Position numbers and translations under genes: made by a program. Under the pieces are notes generated by a model, which had not been told where the DNA came from, ran no database searches, and saw only the letters and a list, made by a program, of their open reading frames with translations. This document shows positions 10,853-24,175 of a stretch of DNA of 64,000 bases, in pieces. Position 1 is the stretch's first letter. Each line of letters begins with the position of its first letter. The stretch comes from Rhynchopus sp. YZ270_cl-10 (Eukaryota), in NCBI GenBank assembly GCA_964035575.1, contig OZ037845.1:930001-994000 (forward strand), read 5' to 3'.

Positions 10853-13105
10853 TCACGACTGCGCCCATTGCAAGGCATGATGCATTACACGTTTCTGCTC
10901 TATTCTGTAGATCAGCGCCATCTCAAAGCGGGGTGTTGCGAGCACCTGAATGGAAAGGGGTTCGTTTTTTGTTTCTCAGATGAATATAATATTATTGTTC
11001 CTAGCCGAAGCAGCACGACTTTCGTAAGAGTAAGAATAGTTGATTTCCATACAAAGCCCTCTCATTGACAGTGTACCAAGTATTGTTGACGATTATGCGT
11101 GTTTGGAAGTTAAAACGCAGATGGCGGCTTCAGGGAGCACGCCAATCAGTGTAGGGACAAAATCAAAAACTTTTCTCTGTGGATAAGTTGTGTACTATTT
11201 ACAGCGCTCTCACCAAAATTCGGGCACACTCAGATACGTTTTTTTTTTCATTTCCTCCCCCTACCAATCAACAACACGCCAATATTGCATACCTCTGTGT
11301 GCCCAGCAAGCCCGCCCCTCCTCTCTCTGAAGGAGCTCAGGATATGCTCATCCTCCTCCAACGTTGTGGGGTATTCCGTCAGCAAGGTGTCTATCACGTA
11401 GGCTGTGTGGGACGTGCATATTTGGTGTATAATCACATAGTCATAGCTTCTACTCTACCTACACATTACACATAACTGCTGTTCAAACACACACACTTTG
11501 GGGCCATATTCTGTGCAAGAATTACCCCTATTAGTTATCAAACACACACACATTGGGTAATATTCTCCTGAGAGAACCTAGCCAAACATCTGCTTCCCCT
11601 ACCAAAAGGTAGTACACACCCACATCCTTCCTCGGAAGCATACCTAAGGCACCTCGCGCCTTTGATTCGTATTCTGCAGAAGGGGATCCTTGCATGGCAC
11701 GGAAGCCTTCTGCAAAGTAGGCCAGCTCTTCAGGCGACTCTGCGACAGCTACTCTGAGAGCCGCCATGAGGTAGTGGTTGGTGGGGTTGCTTCTGTCGAG
11801 GAGGTGGTCCTTGGGGAGGTCGAGGGAGGTCAGGATGCGCGACTTCTCTGCATAGAGCGGGTCCTCCTCATCCTGTATGTCGACATCCAGTACACATGTC
11901 TCCAGCTGGTTGTCCTCCACCGCAAACCCATATCCCAGCAACAGGTCTGAGTTCTGCATTGGACCATAATTCATGAACGCCTGTGTCCCCGCCACCCCCT
12001 TCCCAAGGCTCTCTAAGACCAGACACCCAGACTCCTCATCAAATCTCCGAAACGAAACATGCCCAGAATGGCAGGAGTGATTAATGTACTCCGCGTAAGG
12101 TACCAAAGTCGTCATCTCTTTGTCACCAATTTTGATAATAAAGGCACGGCTGTCAAAGACAGCGCGCGCCCAAAGCATGTTCTCAAAGGTGAAGACATCC
12201 CCGCCAAAGACGTCAGGGTGTGCAGAGCAAAGCTTCGGGTGGAGGTCGTCGTAGAACTGCTTCAAATGGCTGCGCTGTTCGGTGCACTCCGCAAGAAGGC
12301 GTGACCCCGCAAGCACTGCCAGCTCCTGCTCAGTCCAGAAGAAGAGCGTGTCGTACTTCTCTGGCAACGTCGTGATGAAGGCCTGCCACTGCCGTGTCGG
12401 CGCTGCACCAAACTTCTCATGAATCAAAAAGAGCAACAGTCGGGTGTCGTTGTCCAACGCGAGACTTTCAAATATTGTGTGAAATGCTGTATTTGTGCTG
12501 ATGGTCTCCACATTAAACAGCAGCTCTCGTGGTACCCGCACAACAGGCTCCGGATACACAACGTCACGTTGAAACACCAACCCCCGCCCCGTTGTCTCAG
12601 GGAACACCGCAGGCACTACACCCACTGAATGCCCTCGCGTTTCAAGACTTTCCAAAATGCTGCGGTACGCCTGGTTCGCAGGGTCCGCCAGATCCAGCAC
12701 CGTACAGGGTTCGTGTCGGTTGTGCTCTGTGGTCTCCTCTGTGAGTCTGAGGTTGTGTTGGAGCCAGAGCCCTGAGAGTGTCGTGTACTGTGGTGTCTCC
12801 TTCACCTCCTTCTCTTGCATCTGGGTGAAGATGGTGCGGATCGCCTTCAGCTCGTTCCAGTAAGACACGAAGGGGACGGCGTGCTGTGTCTCGGCAACGA
12901 AAGGGTTGAAGCGGTACAGCTCTATGTCATCCATCGACACTACACGCGCCCGCCACAGAAGTGGTGCGGGCAGCTCTGTTGCTGCAGGGTCCACATCTGC
13001 CAGTGCATAGCTAGCAGGAAGCTGCGACAACGTCAACAACTTTTCCTTTCGCGCCTGCATCGCAGGAGGGTCCAGATGCGACACAGGAATGGTAATGCAC
13101 GCCAT
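10853..13105 (-). CDS. SET-domain lysine methyltransferase (SETD3/Rubisco LSMT-like); exons 13105-11644, 11402-11293, 10945-10853
   Basis: GRGL, WARAVFDSRAF, LVPYAEYINHS, MNYG..NSDLLLGYGF. Downstream exons supply the LSMT substrate domain (LLTEYPTTLEED; ALIYRIEQK). GTATGC donors; exon phases 1 and 0 fit. Confidence 0.85.
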
Positions 13106-13760
13106 TTGTATTTTGTGTATTTCTGAAGTCAATGTCGAAAAAAAGTGAAATTTTCTTCAAAAAAAAACCCCTTAAAAACTTGTTTGAGCGAAATAGAGGA
13201 TGTGTGTTGGGGGGCTTTTTAAGGTTTTTGTGGGCACGTTGCGTAGTTTTCAGAATGGGGTTTTTTTTTGGTGTATCGACAATCGCCCAAAGGTAGGTCA
13301 CTCCGCACTTAAGTGTCATCCGAGGATACTTTGTTTTGCTGTATCGGCAAATAACCCAAATAATAAATAGGCGGGTTCCTCAAATGGCACTCCCAAAAGG
13401 GCTGGGATACTTACTGTTTGTTTCTTCTCCTTTACGTTTCCTCACTGCACTCTTCCCCACCTCAAAAAAAAAAAAGTTTGAAAAGATGAATGTGTCTCTA
13501 CACACACATCTGCAAAAAAAAGAAGCCCTCATAAGGCTGAGAACAGATGCAAGCCATCACAACGAGACGAAGAGACATCTGTCAAACAATGGGAAAACAT
13601 AGAAAGACTGACCTTTCTTTGACACCTTGGTATTCAATTCCATACTGCCCCCCCTGGGGTTAGGATACAGGGACACATCATCCCTGAAGAGAGTGGCAGA
13701 TGAGATCGGACACTCTAGACCTGACAATGCAGAGAAGGCGGTACAGGTTGTTTTTTTCTA

Positions 13761-14952
13761 TTACCGTGCAACAGGTGCAATAGTCAAACCCTTCTGGAAC
13801 GCTATAAGCTTTTTAAATGCTTCAATGTCTCTGTCCTTCGACGCGATCTCCTCCTCCATGGCAAGATGTTCTGCCGCATTCTGCGCACGCACCGACATAG
13901 GCTCAACCTCCAACTGCACTTGAAGCGGGTGTCCACAACAAGAGGTAATCTTAGACGAGGCTTTGCAGTAGATTGCAGCCAGGTGCGTGTGGTCTGCCGC
14001 GGAGGCTGCCTTCACGGATTGAGACTGCAAAGGTGTGTGTGTTTTAGTCAAAGAGAAAAAATTGTTTGATTTAGACAGCAAACGTTTAGACATAAAGAGT
14101 AAAGTTAATGCATCAACAGGCACCTCACTATACTATGCCAACCCTGCAGCCAACGCCTCATATCATAGTGCGAACCACGCTGAGGATAAAAAAAATGGGT
14201 AAACAGCTGAGCAACAAAGAGTGCTCAGATGGGCTCAGAAGAGTGGGAAGCCCTGAAAAAAATTAGCCCAAAATTCGAGGGGTAGGCCCGTCCCTGCTCA
14301 CGCCTGTCCAACATACCTTGTAGGCAGTCTCTTCCTCATCTTGCATGACTTGGAGGAGCCGTATCAGGCCGCTGTACAGTGACGGCACGTACTTGGTTGT
14401 GTCGGGGAGGGCGCGGGAGCCGACTGCCGCCAACATCTTCGTGACAGGTTCGACTACTACAGGGACAGACTCGCCTCGTGTTTCTGACAGTGCCTGGAAG
14501 CAGTGGCATTGTACTCTGTCCGTATAGAGCTTGCCCCCACCGACGTGCGGCAGGGTGTCGGCTTGTGTCTCTGAGAAGGCGCTGAAGATGATGCCTACGA
14601 AGGTTTTGCCGCCGCGCTGCTGCGAGTGTTGCGTCCCGATGTCTACGTGGCTAGGTGGGCAGGTGATCCGCGGGTGGCTGTGATACCACCCGACGACGTT
14701 GATGTCAATTTGAAGCAGCGTTGAGAGCTTGTCCGCATCGGCCATAGCCTGCAACGTCGCGTCGGCACTCACCTCCACTCTGTCACTCTTCTTGTCAATC
14801 CTGGGTGCCACGCTTGTATCCAAAACGTATGTATCATTCCCCACAGCCGTACCCAACAAAAACCCGATTATCTCCTCCTTGTCCGTCGACAGTGCATGCG
14901 CAGTGCCAGAAAGGAACACATTGTCCGACATAACACATCTCTTTCCAGGCAT
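13761..14952 (-). CDS. BRCC3: BRCC36-like JAMM/MPN+ deubiquitinase; exons 14952-14317, 14024-13761
   Basis: HALSTDKEEIIGFLLG, DRVEVS, VGWYHSHP...PSHVD. AAG|GTATGT donor and ttgcag| acceptor are in frame with a helical C-terminal exon. Confidence 0.85.
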
Positions 14953-17900
14953 TGTGCTTCAACCTAGGTGTTAGAATAGTATACCTCCGTAAGGGTAAAG
15001 TGTATTGCTGTTGTGTGTGCAACAATTCTGTGATAAGGTGGTCAATAAAAGAAAAAAACAGGACAACTTTATTTTTCCTTCCTTCAAAACTACACACACA
15101 GCGCTTTTGGTTTTTGGGAGACACACAAGGTGCCAGGTTCTATGATAAGCACGGAACCACCCTGCACCTGTTTGTCATATTGTTTCCCGTGCAATACATG
15201 GAAAAACGTTTCGCACTCGAAACTAGGGGTTCTGCGTTGGCGGTGTTTGGTGGAAGCTGCTACCGGGCTAAAATCAGATGGGTTGTCTAGCAGATGAAGC
15301 CCTTTAGTTGAGTCATAAAAAATGCTGATAACGCTCAGCTGATCTGGCTGTCTCCGGTGGTAACAGTAAGCCATTGACGTAGAAGCGAAAAGCGTGGGAG
15401 GGGGGAGAGGGGGATTCTGTGTTGGTTCGTTTTCATATTGTGACATATTTTTGGGTCAGATGAATGAGTGTAGTTTACGTTCGCCACGTTTTTTTAATAT
15501 TAGCTTGGATTTTACCGCCTTTCATTTTGAAAGGTTTTTTCAAAAAAAGAAACATAAAAAATAGAAAGAAAAGAACGACGGAAAAAAAAAAAAAAAAAAA
15601 AAAATGAAAATATAACTTTCCCTGCATCGCATTAATCTCATATTGTTGGGAGCAACAAAAAATTAGTCTCGTGGACTTTCGAATCAAAGAAGGGAAAGTA
15701 CAAGAACAGAAAAAAAAAATCAAAATAAAACATAGAAACTTAAACACTCATCACACGAAAACACCCATGGGAGAGGTTGTGATGAAACGCACACCACCTC
15801 GACCTGTTTGGTGAGGCGTGGCTCTGCAGCGCGGTTCGTCCCCAGAACCGTGTGTTCAAAATGCTTTGTTTCTATTTTCCTCCTTCATTTTATGAGGCGA
15901 CAAAAAAAAAAACAAAAAAGAAGAAACGCGATGTGTTGCTGCTCGCAGTTAAGGAGAGAACCCTGTCTATTTCCCACGTGCGACCATCGCTGGTCTCGAT
16001 GGCACCCTTTTCGAAAAGGCTAGAATACCCATTTTTTATTTTTTGTATCATTTCTTTATTTAAAAAAACTGTGCCGACAATCAGATCAGATAAAAAATGT
16101 GTACCTCATTTCCTTGTATCGCACGCCACCTAAGAACCTTGAGGGTAATTAGGGTTACTCGATGGTCCCCAATGAAAGTTGTCGTTATCAACCTGCCATC
16201 AGATCGTCTATTGACTTGGCACATATTTTTCCCCCAAGAAAATATAACGTTTGAAACCCCCTCCCCCCAAGGTGTAGCTATCACTCTCCCCCCCCTCCCA
16301 CCCATCCCATACCAACAAATCTGAACAACCATCCTCCTTCGAGCGTGAAGATGGTCCATCCAACCCAATACAATACGTAACCAAACGAACCCACCTCATC
16401 ATCCTAAATACATGACAGTCATCGTTAAGATGATACATGAATCGAACAAAATCTAATTTTTCATGCCAAAAACAACAAAACAAAAAACGATTCAAAACCC
16501 CCACAAAACTAAGCAAGAGGCAGTACCAGTGGCGCGGCTACCAATAATTACCGCGTAGTCAGCGTCACGCCTACCCCGGTAGGTTACAGTAAAAGGAAGA
16601 AAAAAAACCTCCCCAAAAAGAACAAGATCGCACCTCTCAGGTACAAATCTAAGAAGTTCGGACGACTGAACCACTCATACACAACGTAACCATCCTAAAA
16701 GGCGAGAATTCCACACAATGTGTGCACGCAATTATCAATAGCAACAGGCTGCCGTACGTTGCAGAATCGGTGGTTAACAACAGACAAAGCAGAGGGAATA
16801 ACTACTGATACAAACACCTCAACACCCACATATGCCATTATGTCATGAATAGCATAAGTACCCTAGCCAATAGAAAGCATAAAAGAAAGACTTCTGTTGC
16901 AAGATGAACCCAAGCCCCGCTTTGTAGTACTGTAATAATAACCTCTGGTAAACCTCTCTGCTGTGCAACACAAAAAAGAACACACTAACCTTGCGTACCC
17001 ATTGCTAAATACCAATGTGGGTGAACAAGAACAAAAAAAAAAAATATGTAAGATGAGCGTAGCCTAGAAAAAAGCTCTCTCTTGAGTCACAGAGTCGACA
17101 CCAAGTGAGGCACATCGCAGGGGGGGAAAGGAAACTTGAAAGATTATAGAGCCTCACACGCTCAACACATCTCTAAAAGGAACATAACAAAAATAAATAA
17201 AACGTAAGTATGACCCATAGCATCACGTTTGCTTAGGGATGCTTGAAAAAAAGGGGGGGAAAGTGAAATTGATATAATATAATAACGTACTTGGTGCTCC
17301 TGACGACCCCATGTTGCGTACTTGTTGCGTACTTGGTATTTTTTTTTATTTCTGGGGTACCAGTACTGACGCCTCCAGGGGCAAAGGCGATGCGCCAAAA
17401 AGAAAAAAGTGAAAAACCTTTTAAAAGAATGAGTCCCACAAAGCATGTATCAAAAATTTTGTTTGGTTATAGACAGTCGCCAGTTATTAATGAGAGACAC
17501 AATGCATCAAAAAAAGAGAAAAAAAAGTTTATAAGATGAACCTAAGCCTCTCATGCTTAGCCAACTTAAAAAAACCACCACCAGTGTACATTTCTGAGGA
17601 AAGAAAATGAGTGTTGTTTTTTTTTTTCTTTTTTTCTGGTTGAACGCAATCAAAAAAAAGGGGGAGATACGTGAAAGATGAAGTAGGTCTCGTTGGACCT
17701 GATTCATCTATTAAAAAAATAGTGAAGTTGATATGTTCAAAACGCCTCTGGGACGCAGAAGCACTGACACTCCGCGGGTTATCGAACCCCCGGAGAGGAA
17801 AATGTTAGGAGAGGGATGTGTTTGTAGCAATGGTTTTTTTTAAAACCATTGTATGGTGTGATGGAACCCTAAAAAAAGTACAAAAAAAAAAATTACCATG

Positions 17901-18782
17901 AATGGATGAATTGCAGTAATATCCACACATCTGTAAAACGGAAACCGTGTTTTGTGTAAACCTTTTCCAAGACCCCATGCCGACAAAAATATTTTTTCCG
18001 TAAGATGAACCTACGCCTTTCTACACTTGGCCACCTTGAAGAGAACAGAAGTGCAAGTAGAAGCATTCCCCGAACCAAGAATAATCCGATCATGAAAACT
18101 GGAAAGGGAAAAGGGAAAAGGGGGAAAAAAGCATAGGGTGTTTGACTAAATCGGCAGCAGATTCAGCCAACCGAAGAATCGTAATATAAAAAAAATAAAA
18201 AAAATCTTTATTAGGAAAGACGGAGTGCACTGCACACACAGCCCAAGGTAGTAGTAGTTTTCTTTACATTGCCTTTCAATTTGCCTTGCTAGTGGCAAGG
18301 TGATTTTGCATCAGGAAGAGGTGCTATCAAAATGACCAGACGTCAGCTGTGTGAACAAAAAAAAAGTTGGAATGAGAAATAAAGAGAAAAATTGGAAGAT
18401 GAACGGGTCTCACGGGAAGGGATACCCATCTACATCCTTTCACGGATGGATGTCAATCGCATGTGGGGGAGGTGGTCCTGAGACAAAAAAAAAAAAACTT
18501 GGAAATTCCCTTCTGATTTGCTTCTAAAAAATCAAATAGATGGTTGGGCTTCACAGGCTCACACATATTCTCTTTACAATCGTTTACAAAACGTTTGTCG
18601 TCAATTCGGGATTTTTTTCACAAGGAATCGTCACATTTCTGAACAAAACGCCACCCCATCACCTCTTGTTACGGAGGCAGATAAAGAAAAAAAACACTTA
18701 AAAAACTAGGTCAAAAACAACGGCACTAAAAGTGAGGTTAGGAGTGAGTATTCAGTCCAACATGCATGGAACACTCATGGTG

Positions 18783-21001
18783 TCATGCGGTGGGTATATC
18801 AATAACGTCTGCATCGGCGTTTTCGTTTTGGTCTGTGTGGATCAGGTGGTCAAGGAACAGGACACAGTCGCTCTCGATATCGTGGTCGTGGCAGAGGGAG
18901 CTGTCGTTTTCAATCTCCAGCCCTGCACGAGTCTTGAGAAGCTGTATCTCAGTTGGAACGTCGAAATGCTTGGCGATTGCGCTTTTGAGCTGACCTACGT
19001 TCAGGAGTTTCCAATCGGACCTGAACCTGCCGGTCTTTGCGGTGCAGGTGTCAACCACGAGGATGTTCGTCACCTTGGGTGTGTCATTTGCATTGGCGTA
19101 CTTAGCTTCAAGCTTTCTGTACAGCTGTGCATAGTCCATGCCGTACTTCTCGCAGTAGTGCAGGATTGTGTCGATGTTCGCCAGCTTGTCAGGGTTGTGC
19201 ATCGTGAAGAACCCCTCCAGCTTTTCACGTGCAGCCAACTTTGCTGCCTCTCTATCCTGTTTGCTCTCTTTGATCGCCTCGTTGGTTTGTGTGGTCAACT
19301 TATTTGCGTTGTCAATCGCACAGAGCACCAGCCCACAGCGCAGACCTACACCGTTGTGCCATGCTGTGGGATGCACTTTGATGTAGCGGCAGATGACGGG
19401 CTTGAGGAACATCGCCGTGCGTGCGTCGTCGTTGGAGGCACAGCCTTGGAACACGGCGCTGTCGTCTACAGGCTTCCAGTCAGAGCCGTCTGCCGATGTG
19501 GTCACGGAGAATGCAGTAATCCACATCTCGTCCGCAGGCTTCACGACAACGCCGTTGACAACTCTGCTGCTGCCCGCGTCCATGCAGTACCACTGTCTGT
19601 CGTCAGTGGTGGGGAACCACCCCTTGCCTGTGGCGAGGTCGCCGTCGCCAGGTGAGCAGCCCTGCTTGCAGGAGGACGCCATGCGTTGGCTGGCACCCAC
19701 GTTGGCGATGAAGCGTTTGATGTTTGTGGGCTTCCGTTTCTTTGTCTTGCAACGGTTGCACACCTTGCGTGAATGCCAGTTCATGTTCCCGCAGTCGGGG
19801 CAGATCCAGTCATGTGGATGCGTCACGTGGCCAGCTTGCAGGCTCGCAACACCCTTCGGGGGATACTCCTTTCTTGCAGCGTTGTCCTCGTTGCTCCCAC
19901 GCCTAGAGATCTTCTTCATGAGGTTTGTGAAGAGTTTGTTCTTCGCTATCGAAAACTCTTCGTCCGAAAGAGCGCCTGACTGGCGGAGACGCTCGATGGA
20001 CTCCACCAAATCAAGTTCGGAGTTGATGTCGTTTGTGGACTTGATTGTTGTCCCGTGCGACGACATGGAAGCCGTCTCCGCATCATGGTTGGCAAAGGCA
20101 GGGTACCCCGACGCACTGACGGGCGTCGTTGCGTCGTTGGAAAGGCTCATCGTGATCTGCGTCATCAGAAGCGCCTCGATCTCTGCCTTCGCCTTCTGGC
20201 AGTCTTCCATTGTCCCCTCGATGGTGACCTTGCACCCAGGGAGTGAGCTCTGCCGGGGGACAGTGATTGTAACGTCGTTGCACTTTTCACGAAGCATGTT
20301 CAGCGTAGTCGCGTTCTTCCCAACAATAACACCAAAGTCCGCAGGGGGTACGTTCAGGTACATCTTCACAGGCGGCGGTGTCACAGACGGGGGGACAAAG
20401 GACGACACGGCAGGAACAACAATAGGTGGTGGTGAGGGCTGCTGCGGCTGTGGGGGCGGTGGTGGGGCCTGAATAGGTGGGGTGGGCTGTGACTGTGGGA
20501 GTGACGCCTGGGGGGTGGGGTAGAAGGGTCGCGACACGTCGGAGGACGTTCTGCTCACAGGTTGCGCGAGAGGCTGTGCTAGCGGCTGCTGCGGTTGTGG
20601 TAGAGGCTGTGGCAGTGGTGACCGAATATGAGGCTGGGGTGGTGTCGGGGGCTGGTTTTCGTTGTTCTGCATCTGCAGTTGTTGCTGCTGAAGGTGATGG
20701 TGCGTCAGCTGCTGTTGATGCTGGTGCTGTTGTTGCTGCTGATGTTGATGTTGTTGTTGTTGCTGTTGCTGATGTTGTTGCTGCTGTTGCTGCTGCTGCG
20801 GTTGGGGCTGCGCAAGCGGTATCTGCTGTTTCGGTTGTGAGAGTGGCTGTGGCAAGGACTGGTGCTGCAGTTGCTGCTGTGGAAGTGATGGCGACACCTG
20901 TTGCGGCGGCTGTGTGTGTGTGTGCATCTGTTGGGGTACCTGATGCATGTTTGGTTGTGCGAGCGGTTGTGATATTCGGTGAGGTACTGTCTGGGGCGCA
21001 A

Positions 21002-21047
<46 letters not shown>

Positions 21048-21371
21048 TTGTTGCTGTTGCTGCTGTTGCTGTTGCTGTGGTTGCGCTTGCGGTTGCTGGT
21101 GCTGCTGCTGCTGCTGCTGCTGCTGCTGCATATGCGGCTGTGCCTGTGGCTGCATCTGTGTCTGCATTGTCGGCTGGACTGGCTGCTGTGGCTGAGCAGG
21201 AACTGGTGACTGGGACATCATCTGCGGCTGAAGCTGAGAAGGCGGCTGCGGCTGAGAGGCTTGCTGTGCATAAGGTGTGTGCTGTCCACCATAGTAAGGA
21301 CTGTGCGACGTGTAGTGTTCGGGCTGTGGAGGCGGAGGGGGCGGTGGAGGCTGGTTGGTGTGGATGACCAT
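18783..21371 (-). CDS. PolyQ/Pro-rich multidomain protein: KH, SHOCT-like, RanBP2 zinc finger, F5/8 discoidin, small helical domain, ubiquitin-like
   Basis: VPPADFGVIVGKN (KH); LRQSGALSDEEFSIAK; DWICPDCGNMNWHSRKVCNRC; CRYIKVHPTAWHNGVGLRC; C-terminal VGQLKSAI..VPTEIQLL. 5' end uncertain. Confidence 0.75.
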
Positions 21372-21538
21372 GTTCGCCACCTGAGACAACGGGTCTACCC
21401 TGCCTCCGTGGCTTTGTATGTTTTCTGTTGGGGGGGGTGATTAGGCGGGTGGGTGAGGAGAAGAAACAAAAACAAAGAAAATTAGAAACCCCCAGTCTTT
21501 TAGTCGCAATGCAACCGTCTAGTGAAACATTACGCAAC

Positions 21539-24175
21539 TCAACCCGCAACACCTCGAAGGATGCACCGCACAGTGTCCTTCACCGACGCTGGGTTCGGTC
21601 GTGCCGACGGAGACCCTGTACTACTCGAACTTGCTTTTGTCAAAACAGGAACAGGACACTGCACCTGAAGCACACCGCCCTTCCAAAGCCGCAACGACGG
21701 CACTGCATCAAACACCTTTATCTTAGCGCTGCCCCGCCAGCCTGCAGAATCACCGTCCCAGAAGTCCCACTTCGGTACTTCCCATGGTTCGCAACCATTG
21801 TGTGGCCGTTCCGAGCACACCCACCCTGAGTCTTGGGGAAGCGTGGAGTAGTCGCCAAACACCCAACGCCCTGACACGTCTGTGTACACCACGTTCCCTG
21901 TTCTGAGGGTGCTCTCCCACACAGACATGTTCCTCAGCAACGTCCTTGTCCTCCTGAACACACCTGCAGCCTCCTGCCGAACGTCGCTAACAACAAAAAT
22001 AGCATCAGTCCGGGAGTCAACCGCAGCTATCTGCTTGAGAGCAGCGTCGTCACAGTCGTTCTCAGACAGGACCATGTGGTGCACGGACATGTTCAACGCA
22101 GGTAGCGCGGAGAGGAGTGCTTTGTGCACTGCATGCAGCGAGGGCTCCAGAACCCTGAACTGCGTGATTGTGCTTGTGTACATGATGAGTGAGGCCTCGG
22201 CACGTCGCGTCGCTGCGCTGTGAGTAAGCCCCACGACAGAACGCTCGTCGTGCATCCGTCCCGACTGCGGACGGTGCTGGATCTGATACGCAGAGTAGGC
22301 CTGTGTGAAGCGGAGGATGTCGTCTGCTGTGCACTCGCCGCTGCACCACTCTGCTTCGTCGAAGACAACAGGACCACGTCTGATGTTATCACAGAGCACG
22401 ATCCTCCCGCTTTCGTGGAAGGCAAGCCCGTTCTCAGACATATGCATGCGGCCCTCCTCTGTGGCAGGGTCGACGACGTTCGCGAGGAACGTCTTCATGC
22501 GCCTGTCTGCGGCACGGATGTTTTCTTCCTCAGCAAAGCACTGCCCGTCCTCCACCTCGCCACGGTTCATGTACTCTTGCCTCTCGTCCATCGCAAGGCG
22601 CAGAGCAGAGGCAAAGCTGATGAAGGCAGTTTCAAGCGGGCCCCCTGCGGACGTCCCTTCGTAGAACGTGACACGCGGTGTCCTCTTCCACTCGTGCTGG
22701 GGCAGCCACCGCACCACTGCCTCGGGTGTGTGCACTCTGGCAAAGCGCTCCAGCCTCCTGACTATCTGGAGTGCAGCGTCATACGACTCTGCAGCCTGCA
22801 CCTCGACCGCCTGCAGACTGTGCACGCCTTTGTCGAAGGTGTAGTTCTTCTGTATCACAAAGAGGCCTGGGCTGTCTGGGCTGCCTTCGTCCAGGACACG
22901 GCAGCTTGCGTCTGAGACACGCTCCAGAAGGCGGATCGCACGTGGCTGCACAACAAGCTTCTGGTACGGCGTCAGGCTGTGCAGGTTCAGCGTCACCGAG
23001 AGTGCGCTGTTGCGCACTGGCAGCGCCGCATCCGTGACGCAGCGGTTACCGCGAAGGGACGTCGCCCATTCCGTTACCTTCCCTGTGGACATATCGCCAC
23101 GGTACACAGTGCCCCTCCCCCACTTCATGAAGATGAAGGTGAACTTCAGTGTCGCTTCAAAGCGGCGCAGACGCGCACTCTTCACTGCCATGTCTGTGTC
23201 GATGCGGATGACAGAAACGCTTCCCGTCTTTGAGAGCTTCAGGTTGCGTGCCACCGCCGCTGCGACCTCATTGATCTGCTTGCAGAGGGTGCAGCCGTGG
23301 TAGTTCGCCCCGACGTAGATGAGAACGTTGTGCATCGTGGCGATGGTGGCGTCGAGCTGCGTGCTGCTGGACTTTAGTGTTGTTGCGAGCTGGTAGGTTC
23401 CGTCCTTTTGGGGGTTGAGGTTGAGGTGGTGCTCTGGGTGGAGACGCTCTGCGAAGAAACGCTTTGTGCAGATGGGCTCTGTTGTGCTTGTAAAACAGAC
23501 TTCGAGGGAGTCTGCCACCCAACGCATGTAGAGACCATCACCACAGAGGCCACCATCGAGCCTGCTGAAGCCTGGAGGTGGTGGACCTCCGCCTTGTGGA
23601 CAGGGCTGCTCAGGGAAGCCTGCAGCACCTACCATCCTTGCTGCCATGTTACGGTATGCGAAGCGGACGTGGTATAGCTTTGCCTTTTTGATGGCAACGC
23701 TGCCGTGCTCTGATTCGTATACCCCTGCCCACATCGGCTCCCTCACGACCAGGCCACGGAGGCGCAAAGGGTTCCTTGCGAGAGCTGCCATCACATCAGG
23801 CACGCTGCTCTCCGCAGAGACAGGCACATCTGACTCATACAACCCCCACTCCCGACACCCACCCCCCACACAACCCATCCCCTCAGCATCACGCAAAGAG
23901 ACAAGCCGGTCCCCTGAACGGAGACCAGACAGAGCGGCCGCGCTGAACGGCTTTACCAAGAGAACCTCGCCAGTCCTCGTGTTCAGCGTGCAGCCCCACT
24001 CCCCAGTGTTGTGTCGCTCTAAGGTAAGGTATTCATAGCACGGCTCGCGAGGGGAGACCAGTGCAGAGGCGGCGGCAATGGTGCTGAGAGGAAAGCTGTC
24101 GTTGCACAGTGGAAGCAAAGGTGCACCCGCCCCAACGGACAACACAAAGAGACTGCAGCAGAAAAGGAACATCAT
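21539..24175 (-). CDS. Signal-peptide protein with PDZ-like and thioredoxin-like (CxxC) segments, 878 aa
   Basis: Hydrophobic N-terminus; VKPFSAAALSGLRSGDRLVSL; CTLCKQ...VIRIDTD...YRGDMSTGKVTEW. Confidence 0.65.
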   Translation of the reverse strand: MMFLFCCSLFVLSVGAGAPLLPLCNDSFPLSTIAAASALVSPREPCYEYLTLERHNTGEWGCTLNTRTGEVLLVKPFSAAALSGLRSGDRLVSLRDAEGMGCVGGGCREWGLYESDVPVSAESSVPDVMAALARNPLRLRGLVVREPMWAGVYESEHGSVAIKKAKLYHVRFAYRNMAARMVGAAGFPEQPCPQGGGPPPPGFSRLDGGLCGDGLYMRWVADSLEVCFTSTTEPICTKRFFAERLHPEHHLNLNPQKDGTYQLATTLKSSSTQLDATIATMHNVLIYVGANYHGCTLCKQINEVAAAVARNLKLSKTGSVSVIRIDTDMAVKSARLRRFEATLKFTFIFMKWGRGTVYRGDMSTGKVTEWATSLRGNRCVTDAALPVRNSALSVTLNLHSLTPYQKLVVQPRAIRLLERVSDASCRVLDEGSPDSPGLFVIQKNYTFDKGVHSLQAVEVQAAESYDAALQIVRRLERFARVHTPEAVVRWLPQHEWKRTPRVTFYEGTSAGGPLETAFISFASALRLAMDERQEYMNRGEVEDGQCFAEEENIRAADRRMKTFLANVVDPATEEGRMHMSENGLAFHESGRIVLCDNIRRGPVVFDEAEWCSGECTADDILRFTQAYSAYQIQHRPQSGRMHDERSVVGLTHSAATRRAEASLIMYTSTITQFRVLEPSLHAVHKALLSALPALNMSVHHMVLSENDCDDAALKQIAAVDSRTDAIFVVSDVRQEAAGVFRRTRTLLRNMSVWESTLRTGNVVYTDVSGRWVFGDYSTLPQDSGWVCSERPHNGCEPWEVPKWDFWDGDSAGWRGSAKIKVFDAVPSLRLWKGGVLQVQCPVPVLTKASSSSTGSPSARPNPASVKDTVRCILRGVAG

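Noticed and set aside
17762..17800. tRNA-like B box (GGTTCGA on the minus strand)
   Set aside because: No cloverleaf or A box can be built.
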